IMG/VR virus record: IMGVR_UViG_3300034103_001617
Location: 1-57,610 of that record
Direction: 5' to 3' (one strand)
From: a virus
Taxonomy: Duplodnaviria > Caudoviricetes
Length of the DNA stretch: 57,610 nt
The position numbers and the translations under genes were made by a program. Under the pieces are notes generated by a model. The model saw only the letters and a list, made by a program, of their open reading frames with translations. It was not told the origin of the DNA and made no database searches. Below, one piece after another: positions 29,351 to 38,639 of this stretch (position 1 is the stretch's first letter; the number at the start of each line of letters is the position of its first letter).

Positions 29351-29938
29351 TTACATAGCTCGTTTGATTTTTTCCAATATTATTTCAACAACTTTGCTAG
29401 AAAGCACAACTTCATAGTGATTTAGATCAACTTCAATGAGCTCAAAATCTTTTCTGTAGGTCATGCTGTCCAAAGTGACCACACCGTCATTTTTTTCTCT
29501 GATCCAAGGACTGTCACCTTTCATGGTTACAATATTGGTCCAATTTGGTGGAGCAGCAAGGCGTCTGGCTTCGGTCATGGGCTCAGACATTGTGCCGATG
29601 TCTTTCATAAGCCTACTAAAGGGCAAAAAGTAACGTGCAAAGTCTGCTTGGAAACAGCCTCCAAAAGGAGTACTCAATGAAATTCCGCCTTTGGTTCTGT
29701 CATTGTAATGATTGGCCAGATGCAGTGCATAGATACCGCCTAAACTATGAGATATGAAAAATAACTTTTCAGCGTCATCTAGCTTGCCATACATTTGATC
29801 AATGTTATGATCAAACCCATTTGCACTATCATATTCAAGTGCAACATCGGGTAGTTCTGTGTAATCTCTTACATATTGCCTAATGTACGAAAAACTTTCA
29901 GCAGTGGCACTGGCACCGTGTATGTAAACGATCACCAT
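29351..29938 (-). CDS. Alpha/beta hydrolase
   Basis: YIHG, SHSLGG nucleophile elbow, NDGVV, NH. Confidence 0.82.
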   Translation of the reverse strand: MVIVYIHGASATAESFSYIRQYVRDYTELPDVALEYDSANGFDHNIDQMYGKLDDAEKLFFISHSLGGIYALHLANHYNDRTKGGISLSTPFGGCFQADFARYFLPFSRLMKDIGTMSEPMTEARRLAAPPNWTNIVTMKGDSPWIREKNDGVVTLDSMTYRKDFELIEVDLNHYEVVLSSKVVEIILEKIKRAM

Positions 29939-29953
29939 ATGATATTTATCATG

Positions 29954-29977
29954 AAAAAGCCCGCCGAAGCGGGCTTT
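29954..29977 (-). terminator. Intrinsic terminator after tmRNA
   Basis: AAAGCCCGC-ttcg-GCGGGCTTTTT. Confidence 0.85.
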
Positions 29978-29984
29978 ACTATTT

Positions 29985-30275
29985 TTGGTGACAAGGCATA
30001 GTTGCCTCGGAGATTATGCTGCTAGAGCAAAAACCTCATCATTAGCTGCGTTTGCAGTTATAGTTTTGCTTGATTTACGGTCATCGCCTACCGTGTTGTC
30101 CGTATCCTTACTCATTGCCCTGTCGAAACCATGTCTAGCCCATCAAAAGCACACTTGGAAGATTTATTTACCGCTGACTATTACTCTTCCCCAGCGTCAC
30201 TATAGTATGCTTATGGTGGACCAGGCGGGAGTCGAACCCGCGTCCAGAACACCTTTCATTCAACTTCATACAACA
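29985..30275 (-). ncRNA. ssrA: Circularly permuted (two-piece) tmRNA, tag (A)ANAANDEVFALAA
   Basis: T-arm plus CTGGTCCACCA ends at 30214, upstream of the 5' motif GGGCTAGACATGGTTTCGAC starting 30141; G3-U70 pair; tag ORF 30055..30014; outer ends approximate. Confidence 0.9.
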
Positions 30276-30281
30276 ATAAAA

Positions 30282-31481
30282 TTATTTACTAAACTTTACT
30301 GCTTCCTCACTACCACTGGTTGTATTGCCTTTGCTGTAACTATGAGCACCAACGCCCGCTAGTTGTCCACCTTGAACCACTAGATATTCGTTACGCAGAG
30401 GACGACCTTCAAACCAGCACTCTAACACTTCGCGTACACCTGCTGCATATCTAGTTTGAGCACTGAGGCTGGTGCCAGATATGTGTGGAGTCATGCCATG
30501 CCAGGGCATGCTGCGCCAAGGATGATCTTGTGGGGCTGGCTGTGGGAACCATACATCACCTGCATATCCGGCCAGTTGACCCGATTCAAGTGCTCGGGCA
30601 ATTGCATCGCGATCACAGATCTTGCCACGAGCAGTGTTTACAATATAGCTGCCTCGTTTCATTCTGGCAATCATTGCATCGTCGAACAAGTGTTCGGTTT
30701 CAGGATGCAATGGACAGTTGATGGTCACAATGTCTAAGTGTGGCAACATACTTGCTACAGTATCGTGCCAAGTAAGATTAAGTTCTTTTTCTATGTGCTC
30801 TGGTAAACGATGGCGATCGTAATAATGCAAATGAACGTCAAACGGTTTTAACAGTCTCAAGGCTCGCAAGCCAATGCGTCCTGCTGCCACAGTGCCCACA
30901 TGCATTCCTTCAATGTCATAGCTGCGACTCACACAGTCAGCAATGTTCCAGCCGCCTTCCACAACCTGTTTGTAACTGGGAATATAGTTTCTTACAAGGC
31001 TCAACATCTGCATCACAATGTGTTCTGCCACACTGTTGCTGTTGCAGTAGGTAATTTCTGCCACTGTAATACCACGTTCCATAGCAGCCTGCAGGTCAAC
31101 ATGGTCCGAACCAATTCCGGCAGTTAGTGCCAGTTTAAGTTTTGGTGCCTTGGCAATGCGTTCTGCTGTGAGATAAGCAGGCCAAAACGGCTGACTGATC
31201 ACAACTTCAGCATCATGCAGGTGTCGTTCAAATTCACTGTCAGGGCCATCCTTGTCGCTGGTGACCACCAGTTCATGCCCTTCGCGAGCCAACCAATCAC
31301 GCAGGCCCAAAGCCCCAGTTACACTGCCCAATAACTCACCGGGAGTGAAATCAATTGCATGCGGGGTTGGTGCAGTCTGACCATCAGGGTAACCATCAAT
31401 TTTAGGAATGCTATCTCTAGCATAACTTGTTGGGTAACCATCAACGGGGTCATCATAAAGTACACATAAAATTTTTGCCAT
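30282..31481 (-). CDS. fdh: NAD-dependent formate dehydrogenase
   Basis: MAKILCVLYDDPVDGYP, ISQPFWPAYLT, AGIGSDHVDL, AAGRIG, GDVWFPQPAP, MTPHISG, as in Pseudomonas sp. 101-type FDH. Confidence 0.96.
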   Translation of the reverse strand: MAKILCVLYDDPVDGYPTSYARDSIPKIDGYPDGQTAPTPHAIDFTPGELLGSVTGALGLRDWLAREGHELVVTSDKDGPDSEFERHLHDAEVVISQPFWPAYLTAERIAKAPKLKLALTAGIGSDHVDLQAAMERGITVAEITYCNSNSVAEHIVMQMLSLVRNYIPSYKQVVEGGWNIADCVSRSYDIEGMHVGTVAAGRIGLRALRLLKPFDVHLHYYDRHRLPEHIEKELNLTWHDTVASMLPHLDIVTINCPLHPETEHLFDDAMIARMKRGSYIVNTARGKICDRDAIARALESGQLAGYAGDVWFPQPAPQDHPWRSMPWHGMTPHISGTSLSAQTRYAAGVREVLECWFEGRPLRNEYLVVQGGQLAGVGAHSYSKGNTTSGSEEAVKFSK

Positions 31482-31678
31482 ATTTTCTCCTAAGATTCAT
31501 CCTCTATTTCTTCAATAAAACACATCATGATTAAAAAACCACCACAACAAAGCAGCATACCAAATAAACTACCAAGATTCATTGAATATACCATTAGTAG
31601 CATAAATGCCACAATGTTCACAAACATTTTCATGTTTGATTATCCTACATGTTGCCACCTTTGAACTGATTAATAAAG

Positions 31679-31963
31679 TTAAACATATCTATCAGTAAAT
31701 ATTCCACGAACCGTGCTTCTAGCCAACAATCTTTGCTCTTTGATTGATTCGTAAAATTCGTAATTCCTAATCCATTCTGTGTCTTTTTGATAATTGTAAT
31801 TTCTAAGTAATCTGTGTGATTCTTGCATGGCCAGGAGCTTGCTTTGTTCTTCCCAATTCACTTCTCTGTTTTTTTCAGCATGCCATCTTCTCACTTGGTC
31901 ATTTCTCAAGGACCATTGAGATACTTCGTGTAACAAAGCAGAAGACACTCTAGGAATGTTCAT
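31679..31963 (-). CDS. Hypothetical protein
   Basis: ORF preceded by TAAATA. Confidence 0.5.
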   Translation of the reverse strand: MNIPRVSSALLHEVSQWSLRNDQVRRWHAEKNREVNWEEQSKLLAMQESHRLLRNYNYQKDTEWIRNYEFYESIKEQRLLARSTVRGIFTDRYV

Positions 31964-32109
31964 AACTGATTATTTATTGTCAACTTTTTTGCTATTTGTT
32001 TGGGCGGTTTCCGCTTGAGGGGGATTAGGTGGAAACCACTGATCCTTTAAATAGTTTGCGCCAAACCAGCCCCAGGCGCTGAAAAATCCCCACGTTACGA
32101 TTTCTAGTA

Positions 32110-32754
32110 TCATAGTCTCATTATACGATCTACAAATGATTTAAGCAAGGGTTTGTTGTTACGCCCGCTTAGATGTTTTGCCAGATAGGGTTTTGAATAC
32201 CAAAAGTCTTCGCTTTCCGGATGACACCCTATCAAGCCAATTCTATTTTGAATAATTGCCATTGGATCACCATTGCGATATCTTGCCACTACTTCAAAAT
32301 CTGCCGGATTGCCTATCATAGCGCATCCATCATAAAAATACATCTTGGTTGGTATGTTCTGCCACGTAACATCAATTGCCTTGGCATGCGGTCTGCGTGT
32401 ATCAGTTTTTGGTCTTTTGATGTACTGCTGTACTCTTACGTTTTTCAGTATATCAAAATAGTCTGCATCTGCCCAATATGCTCCCATGCATATACCAATA
32501 TATCTTCCACCCCAATGTATGTAGTCTTGTACCAATCTAACTTTGCTACGGTCTCTAAAAAAACGATCAAACTTGTCACTGTCACCTATGCCGCCAGGAA
32601 TTATAACACAGTCAAATCTGTCTAGAAAACCCGGCTCAATTTGTCCCTCGTTAAACAAGGTAACATAGTACTCAGGAAACAAGCTGGACATAACACCATT
32701 ACAACATTGCAGTGAACAATGCGGGTGCCTTGTGAATAAGGCAATAGTTTTCAT
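32110..32754 (-). CDS. BPL-N / class I glutamine-amidotransferase-like protein
   Basis: IIPGG, YIGICMGAY, GCHPE. Confidence 0.8.
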   Translation of the reverse strand: MKTIALFTRHPHCSLQCCNGVMSSLFPEYYVTLFNEGQIEPGFLDRFDCVIIPGGIGDSDKFDRFFRDRSKVRLVQDYIHWGGRYIGICMGAYWADADYFDILKNVRVQQYIKRPKTDTRRPHAKAIDVTWQNIPTKMYFYDGCAMIGNPADFEVVARYRNGDPMAIIQNRIGLIGCHPESEDFWYSKPYLAKHLSGRNNKPLLKSFVDRIMRL

Positions 32755-32779
32755 CTAAGTAGAGAATATTATTCAATAC

Positions 32780-33172
32780 TTAGCTCTGCTCAGCGGGTAC
32801 CCATCCCAACAGCGCAAAATCTTCCCTGATTTCCTCGGTAATTGTGCCTTCTGGTACGTACAGCCCAGGGCCAAAGTTTGGGTCAGCTTCGTCTCTGCTA
32901 AAGTCTTGAATACCTGAGCAATAAAAATCAAGGTAATCACCGCTGTTGATCATTTTTGCAACAATACTGCCAGCATATCGCCAACTGCATCCCCAGGTCT
33001 GGTCTTTGAGAATCGCCCACACCTGTTTTGGTTGCCATTCATTGCACAATGCTGCGTAAACGTTTTGAGCATAGTATTTTGAATTTTTGGCTTTGTCGCA
33101 GATCCAGGTGGATCGGTACAGATCTAAATCAAGGGCTTGTTTTTCCATTAGTGCCAGTTTCCTTGTAGGCAA
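32780..33172 (-). CDS. Hypothetical phage protein
   Basis: YAQNVYAALCN, CSWRYAG, YLDFYCSG, YVPEG conserved-looking motifs. Confidence 0.65.
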   Translation of the reverse strand: MPTRKLALMEKQALDLDLYRSTWICDKAKNSKYYAQNVYAALCNEWQPKQVWAILKDQTWGCSWRYAGSIVAKMINSGDYLDFYCSGIQDFSRDEADPNFGPGLYVPEGTITEEIREDFALLGWVPAEQS

Positions 33173-33474
33173 TGCAAAAATTCATGTCCTAAAGAATGCA
33201 TGGACACTGTTTGATTTACAATCACGGTGCATCGCTTTTCAGTAAAGTCAAAAAAACTACAGGCCTTGACGTTGTATCCAAACCCATTGTAGCCTCGACG
33301 TCTGCTTTCCTTTTCACACGTGGCCTGTACATTCGAAGTAGGCACTATGGTAATTGTAACAGTGTTGGAAAGATTCTTATCCATATCAAACACTCTTTGT
33401 GCGTCGTCCCAATCTGCGTTGGCGTCAACGCACACAAAACACAAGAGCAAAGTTAAAAAGCGAATCATATGCAC
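33148..33474 (-). CDS. Secreted small protein with HExxH motif
   Basis: Signal peptide; LGHEFLHC. Confidence 0.6.
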   Translation of the reverse strand: MHMIRFLTLLLCFVCVDANADWDDAQRVFDMDKNLSNTVTITIVPTSNVQATCEKESRRRGYNGFGYNVKACSFFDFTEKRCTVIVNQTVSMHSLGHEFLHCLQGNWH

Positions 33475-33486
33475 TCCTAACTAGAA

Positions 33487-34053
33487 TTAATCTGCGTTGT
33501 TAAAATTGCCATTCTTAAAACCCACTGTGCCACCTTCTTGTACAATACGTTTGATAACATCTTCAAACAGTATTGGACGGTAATCTGTTTGTTCTACACA
33601 AACGCAATGATATCTAACATCGATGACACCATCTTTCTTTACACGGTGATAATGTAAATGCCCATGAATGTTTGTACCAAATCGTGCTAAACTTTCTTCA
33701 TGCACAGGAATATGACTCAGTATCATACCGTTCATCACATGATAACCACGCACGTCACGAAAGTATTCAGTGTATTCATCTAATTTAAAGATATCGTGAT
33801 TACCTTTAATCAGCACTTTATCCCCGTTTAATCTACTCAGAGTTTTCAGTGCTTTGCGATTAATCACAACATCACCTAGGTGATAAACTTTATCATTAGG
33901 GCGAACTGTTTCGTTCCACCGACGGACCATTTCTTCATCCATTTCATCTGGATCGTCCCATGGACGCAGTTTTGTACCGTCATCACGTAGGAAGCGGCAT
34001 ACGCCAGCATGACCGAAATGTGTATCACTAACTAAAAAATTTGCTGGCATCAC
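33487..34053 (-). CDS. Calcineurin-like metallophosphoesterase
   Basis: SDTHFGH, YHLGD, KGNHD, HGHLH. Confidence 0.9.
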   Translation of the reverse strand: MMPANFLVSDTHFGHAGVCRFLRDDGTKLRPWDDPDEMDEEMVRRWNETVRPNDKVYHLGDVVINRKALKTLSRLNGDKVLIKGNHDIFKLDEYTEYFRDVRGYHVMNGMILSHIPVHEESLARFGTNIHGHLHYHRVKKDGVIDVRYHCVCVEQTDYRPILFEDVIKRIVQEGGTVGFKNGNFNNAD

Positions 34054-34302
34054 TTATTCCTCAATAGGTATTTCCCTGGTGGGTGCAGCAAGCTTGCTTT
34101 CTGCTACAAACACGTCAAACAGTGTTTCATCCTCAGGGCATTTTATTTCTTCTAAATATTCACTACCAAACTTGTTGCGGTAATAAACAAACACCTGTTT
34201 GTTGGCATTCCAACGTGCCAAACTAGAGTTACGACATCTGCCTTGATAGTAGGCTCCATGCTCTAGATCTTTTTTTGTAATCACCGGCGTATAATCTTTC
34301 AT
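34054..34302 (-). CDS. Hypothetical phage protein
   Basis: YYQGRCRN...ARW motif; operon position. Confidence 0.6.
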   Translation of the reverse strand: MKDYTPVITKKDLEHGAYYQGRCRNSSLARWNANKQVFVYYRNKFGSEYLEEIKCPEDETLFDVFVAESKLAAPTREIPIEE

Positions 34303-34781
34303 CGTGAATCTCCTAATAAGTTTATTTGTTCTTGTATTGTGTAAGGTCTTTCACTCACATCATAAGCCAAGTTCAATGCCTGCATGAGTTTGTGCTTCAC
34401 TCTTAGATTTGGAATACGAGTACGTCCTGTGTCCTGGAATCCAAGTGTAACACCTACTTCTGCCACCGCTCCGCTACGGCACAATCCTGCATAACAATGC
34501 ACAATCACGTTCATGCGATTGACCAATGCATGTTGTAAAAGTTGAGCTATCTCCTGTGCCTGACTATCTGAAATTTTGGCTTCTTCTGGAAAACCATCAT
34601 CATCGTCGGCATCTAAAAATTCAAACCTATGCACTTCTTTGAAGTCATGCGCTGGTGTAGGAAACCATCCAGCTGGATCCATGATCTGAATCAACATGCT
34701 GTTGGGACCGGGCTCATAATGATATCGCAAAGGCACGTCAGCTGCTGCAATGTTTTCAATCCAAGGCATGGTTATCTCCAA
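34299..34781 (-). CDS. Protein-tyrosine/dual-specificity phosphatase-like protein
   Basis: VHCYAGLCRS (HCxxGxxR). Confidence 0.82.
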   Translation of the reverse strand: MEITMPWIENIAAADVPLRYHYEPGPNSMLIQIMDPAGWFPTPAHDFKEVHRFEFLDADDDDGFPEEAKISDSQAQEIAQLLQHALVNRMNVIVHCYAGLCRSGAVAEVGVTLGFQDTGRTRIPNLRVKHKLMQALNLAYDVSERPYTIQEQINLLGDSR

Positions 34782-34790
34782 ACTAGTCTT

Positions 34791-34819
34791 ATTATAGCAT
34801 TTGGGAAATTAAAGGTCAA
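34791..34819 (-). promoter_or_regulatory. sigma70-type promoter
   Basis: TTGACC-17-TATAAT with extended TG. Confidence 0.7.
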
Positions 34820-34838
34820 TCGTGTCTGTGTGCCAGAT

Positions 34839-35441
34839 TTACTGGTTAGATTTGGGTGTTGGTATTCGATAGCTTGATTGTCTAATCCAAATTTGAGCTA
34901 TTGCCTTTTCGCCATATACTACTTCACACCCTTCGTGTTTGTAAAAAGCTAACTCATATTCTGGCGGATATTTGAAGTAACAAATTCTGCCTTTGTGCGG
35001 ATTTATCATCAATGGTATGTCTGTGAACAACGTACCACCACCTTGAAAATCATCATTGAGATATAATATAATTGTAGCTATTCTATCATTTGGTATTTGC
35101 GGCACATCGGGCAAATTAAAATGATCGTAATGAGAAGTGTAAAATTGTCCAGGTTTGTATCTTGTGAGTTGTAATATTTCGGTCTGCTCCAAGGTAAATT
35201 TATCGCCCGTGTTTTTGTAAACAACGTCTAGGCAGTGACCTATAATGTGATCAAACTTAGCGCCGCGATCAAAAAAGGTCAAACTGGTACGTTCTGATAC
35301 TTTTTCAGATGTCTGTGTTAAAGAATTGTAGCCCTCACTGTTTTGAAAATTTTTAACTTGCAACATGCTTTGAATCAAATCTTCTGACAGTTCGCTGTCC
35401 ATTGTTGTTATGTAAGGGTGCAGTGATAATAGTTCAAACAT
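34839..35441 (-). CDS. 2OG-Fe(II) oxygenase, prolyl-4-hydroxylase-like
   Basis: RYKPGQFYTSHYD, ILYLND, GGGTLF, KHEG, K...WIR. Confidence 0.88.
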   Translation of the reverse strand: MFELLSLHPYITTMDSELSEDLIQSMLQVKNFQNSEGYNSLTQTSEKVSERTSLTFFDRGAKFDHIIGHCLDVVYKNTGDKFTLEQTEILQLTRYKPGQFYTSHYDHFNLPDVPQIPNDRIATIILYLNDDFQGGGTLFTDIPLMINPHKGRICYFKYPPEYELAFYKHEGCEVVYGEKAIAQIWIRQSSYRIPTPKSNQ

Positions 35442-35457
35442 TTACATACTTATAAAT

Positions 35458-35547
35458 TGGCGGAAGCGGTGAGATTCGAACTCACGGACAATTTCTCGTC
35501 GTCTGTTTTCAAGACAGGTGCAATAAACCGGGCTCTGCCACACTTCC
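35458..35547 (-). tRNA. tRNA-Ser(TGA)
   Basis: Cloverleaf with long V arm, CCA encoded. Confidence 0.9.
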
Positions 35548-35559
35548 ATAAATATTTTT

Positions 35560-36393
35560 GTGAGTAAGTTACATTTAGATCATATCGAGTTCTATATTAC
35601 AAATGTTTGTAATCTTTCATGCGATAACTGTCGCAGTTTTAACAACTATAAATTTTCCGGCCATTACAAATTTGACGCAGAAGCCACACAGGCCTGGGCC
35701 GATAAGTTAGACATTGCGGACATAGCTATCATCGGCGGTGAACCAGCTTACCATCCTGATTTGGCAAGTTGGATTGTGGGACTGCGTAAATGTTGGCCAA
35801 ATGCTACTCTAAAGTTGATTTCAAATGGAACCAAACTTAGTCTAGTAAAAAATTTACACAAACTTCTTGCAGACAACAATTGTAAACTCAACATTTCAAC
35901 TCATGGTTATCATCTTAGACCGCAAATAGCTGAAGAAATCTTTTCAGCGTTCGGTGCATGCGAAGTATTACCTATAGAATCTTCAAAACTTTTTGGAGTT
36001 GTTAACAGTGTGTATTTTAGAACCAAGCTAGGTGTTATCATTGATTTGCAAAATGGCAACAGTTTACAAGAAATTTGTTTTGTAGACAACCAGTTTAATC
36101 TACACAATAGCGACGCTGAAAAAGCGCATTCCACCTGTGCCATACGCGAATGCCATCACATGATTGATTACAAGATATACAAATGTTCTATAGTGGGTCT
36201 GTTGCCTAGTTTTCTAAAACAGCAAAAACAAACCACGGATCATTTGCTGCCCTATCATGGCATTGACGTTGAGTCAGTTACACAAGACGTTCTTGATCAA
36301 CTTGCATTATCAATACCTCATTGCAAAATATGTCCTGAGGCCAATAGTTACAAACCCATAACCAGTGTGCTAAAGAAAATGCACAGAGTTTAG
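35560..36393 (+). CDS. Radical SAM protein
   Basis: EFYITNVCNLSCDNC, IGGEP, ISNGT, C-terminal CxxC. Confidence 0.88.
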   Translation: MSKLHLDHIEFYITNVCNLSCDNCRSFNNYKFSGHYKFDAEATQAWADKLDIADIAIIGGEPAYHPDLASWIVGLRKCWPNATLKLISNGTKLSLVKNLHKLLADNNCKLNISTHGYHLRPQIAEEIFSAFGACEVLPIESSKLFGVVNSVYFRTKLGVIIDLQNGNSLQEICFVDNQFNLHNSDAEKAHSTCAIRECHHMIDYKIYKCSIVGLLPSFLKQQKQTTDHLLPYHGIDVESVTQDVLDQLALSIPHCKICPEANSYKPITSVLKKMHRV

Positions 36394-36800
36394 TAAGGAT
36401 AGTCTTTGCTTATCCAATAGGACAAGGGAGTTTCAAAGTCAAATGCCAATGTTCCATCACAACCAACCACTGTGCCAAATTCTTCTATGGTGTGATCCCC
36501 GTATCCGTTGAAATTGTGAGTAAATGTGCCTTTGATCACAGGCATGACATCAATACCATCAAATGTTAGAGATTTCAATTCAACTGCTGCATCAACATTG
36601 TCAGTGGTTTCAATAAGTGCTCGTTTACCAGTAATTTCAATTTCAAACAAGTGTTTGATAATTTGTGTGTCATCTGCTTCAAACTCAAAGGTACATGCCT
36701 CATGATTTGCGAGCTGTTTGCCGTATGATATCTTGTCAACAAAGATTTCATAACTCAATGCGTCTTTGGTTAATGAAACAATTTGTAAGCCTATGTTCAT
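36390..36800 (-). CDS. Hypothetical protein
   Basis: ORF following tRNA-Leu. Confidence 0.55.
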   Translation of the reverse strand: MNIGLQIVSLTKDALSYEIFVDKISYGKQLANHEACTFEFEADDTQIIKHLFEIEITGKRALIETTDNVDAAVELKSLTFDGIDVMPVIKGTFTHNFNGYGDHTIEEFGTVVGCDGTLAFDFETPLSYWISKDYPY

Positions 36801-36808
36801 TGGTTAAT

Positions 36809-36892
36809 TGGTGCGGATAGAGGGACTTGAACCCCCACGCCTTTCGGCAACAGCTTCTAAGACTGCCATGGCTACCATTACATCATATCCGC
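36809..36892 (-). tRNA. tRNA-Leu(TAG)
   Basis: Cloverleaf with V arm, CCA. Confidence 0.9.
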
Positions 36893-36898
36893 AAAACT

Positions 36899-37468
36899 TC
36901 ATACAAAATGTGCTTTGAGAATTTCAGCTAGTTTGAAATAAGAAATTTCTTTATCACCATCTAAAAATGATACCTGACACAAATATCTATCTTTGCCAGA
37001 GTAATTGATTGCCGTATGCAGAATACCAGTGTTAACAAGCGTGGGGTTGGTGTGTATCTTGCTTCTATAGATTTCAGTTACGGAATCGTCTTCAACAGAA
37101 TAATTTTCTTTGTTTTCCCAATCACGTATCACTGTCATTGAATGTCCTGCCTTGAGTTCAAACCAAATTTGATCAGCATCATTGTGACCATATATCCAGT
37201 TTAATCGACCCCAGTCAGTGACACTAGGTCCGTCGATGTGTACTCTATGCGAAGGTGATTGTGCATTTGTTAGTCTAAAAAATGTTCTAAACAATACAAG
37301 TTCATGTGCTTCACAAAATTCAGTAAACTTTGGATTTATAAATTGTTTTGGCACAATTGGTGGAATACCTAGTTTTGGGTTCCAGGTGTTGTACCATTCA
37401 CATACATTTTCGAAACTAGTAAGTACGTCTGGTATACAAATATCTAAACTTTGACAAAATTTATTCAT
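36899..37468 (-). CDS. Hypothetical cupin/oxygenase-like protein
   Basis: HID...LNW...PTLVNTGILH...R pattern. Confidence 0.5.
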   Translation of the reverse strand: MNKFCQSLDICIPDVLTSFENVCEWYNTWNPKLGIPPIVPKQFINPKFTEFCEAHELVLFRTFFRLTNAQSPSHRVHIDGPSVTDWGRLNWIYGHNDADQIWFELKAGHSMTVIRDWENKENYSVEDDSVTEIYRSKIHTNPTLVNTGILHTAINYSGKDRYLCQVSFLDGDKEISYFKLAEILKAHFV

Positions 37469-38132
37469 TGCTTATCAGTGCTTGCTGCATCCAGTCAGTG
37501 CTTTGTGCTGATTCAATTTCGTGAACATAGTATAGATCAGGACCTGTCCAATATTTACTTAAGATTTTCCTATAAAAATCTTCGGTTCTTTGACTGCTGA
37601 TACTGTGTATGATTTTATGATAATCTAGAATTTGTGCGTCGTTGACTGCTATATTTGCAGGGGCAATATTAGACTGTGCCGGTTGGCCGCAAATGAAACA
37701 AAACTTGGTTGTGCGCTTGGCGATTTGGCCTAACCACCATTCAAAATCTTGATCCAATATTGAGCCTACTACCCAAATACACACTGTGCAATCGTATTGT
37801 TGATCCGGCCAGTGATCAATGCCAGGCACAGCAGGATCAAATTGATCGTATACATCCAGCCCAAAACGTTCAACTATGGTCATTGGCGCAGTAAGCGTAT
37901 TTGACACATGATCAATCCAACGTTGAGGTTCAAGTTGTAAACCTCGACCTGCACCTACTTCCAACATTGAGTGTGTATTGTACTTTTCTAGAAGATTGCA
38001 AATCAACGGCTCTGCTTTGAGTAGGCCTTGCCCATCTCCCCAGTGTCTACCATCAGATGATGCAAATGTCATAGGCCTTTGATGCATTAGCCTAGACATT
38101 CTAATTATTTCACTGTAACCATCACTGACCAT
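37461..38132 (-). CDS. Class I SAM methyltransferase-like protein
   Basis: LEVGAGRG, FDPAVP, QYDCTVC. Confidence 0.6.
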   Translation of the reverse strand: MVSDGYSEIIRMSRLMHQRPMTFASSDGRHWGDGQGLLKAEPLICNLLEKYNTHSMLEVGAGRGLQLEPQRWIDHVSNTLTAPMTIVERFGLDVYDQFDPAVPGIDHWPDQQYDCTVCIWVVGSILDQDFEWWLGQIAKRTTKFCFICGQPAQSNIAPANIAVNDAQILDYHKIIHSISSQRTEDFYRKILSKYWTGPDLYYVHEIESAQSTDWMQQALISNE

Positions 38133-38159
38133 GTTATATTTCTAATCTGTGTAAGCAAT

Positions 38160-38250
38160 TGGTGCTCCCGCCCGGAGTCGAACCAGGATTGGCCGTTTAT
38201 CTGACGCTACGGGATATAAGTCCGCTGTTTTACCATTAAACTACAGGAGC
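38160..38250 (-). tRNA. tRNA-Ile(TAT) with long variable arm
   Basis: GCTCCTG/CGGGAGC-A-CCA acceptor, loop CTTATAT, 21-nt variable region, TTCGACT T loop. Confidence 0.75.
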
Positions 38251-38254
38251 ACGG

Positions 38255-38554
38255 TTACTCATCATCTGGCATCAAACCATTGTGTTTTTTGTCTCTGACA
38301 TTGTCCAGATCTTGTTCAAGTTTGAGTTCTTGCGGTGTTTTCATTCCATGCACCTTTCGCGGATTACCACATAAAGCACATTCTGGACGACCACAATCCA
38401 TGGCATGATGTTTTACAAGCCTGTGTGGTTCTTTAAGCATAGCGTTTTTGTCAGAAATTCCACGTTGCTTGGCGATCTTGACTTGTCTCGCCACCGCGCT
38501 TTCATCTTTGTGTCTGCGCCGCGAGTTTGAAAATTTGTTTTGTTCGTTACTCAC
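38255..38554 (-). CDS. Hypothetical basic protein with Cys motif
   Basis: HAMDCGRPECALCGNPR. Confidence 0.65.
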   Translation of the reverse strand: MSNEQNKFSNSRRRHKDESAVARQVKIAKQRGISDKNAMLKEPHRLVKHHAMDCGRPECALCGNPRKVHGMKTPQELKLEQDLDNVRDKKHNGLMPDDE

Positions 38555-38564
38555 AGTGGTTCCT

Positions 38565-38639
38565 TGGTTGCAGGGGGCGGATTCGAACCGCCGATCCCCA
38601 GGTTATGAGCCTGGTGAGATGCCTCTTCTCCACCCTGCG
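38565..38639 (-). tRNA. tRNA-Met(CAT), initiator type
   Basis: C1:A72 mismatch, CTCATAA loop. Confidence 0.85.

Noticed and set aside
29985-30362. 125-aa plus-strand ORF
   Set aside because: Antisense to tmRNA; no coding evidence.
19292-31481. Bacterial chromosome origin for the window
   Set aside because: Host-like genes (dnaK without dnaJ/grpE, pstS without pstCAB, lone pqqA) are stripped of their operons and interspersed with phage-type ORFs, thyX and T4-like RNase H; phage origin is favoured though unproven.
38160-38250. Ochre suppressor tRNA (anticodon TTA)
   Set aside because: Centering TTA breaks the anticodon stem and loses U33; TAT fits the standard geometry, and TAA stops are used normally throughout.
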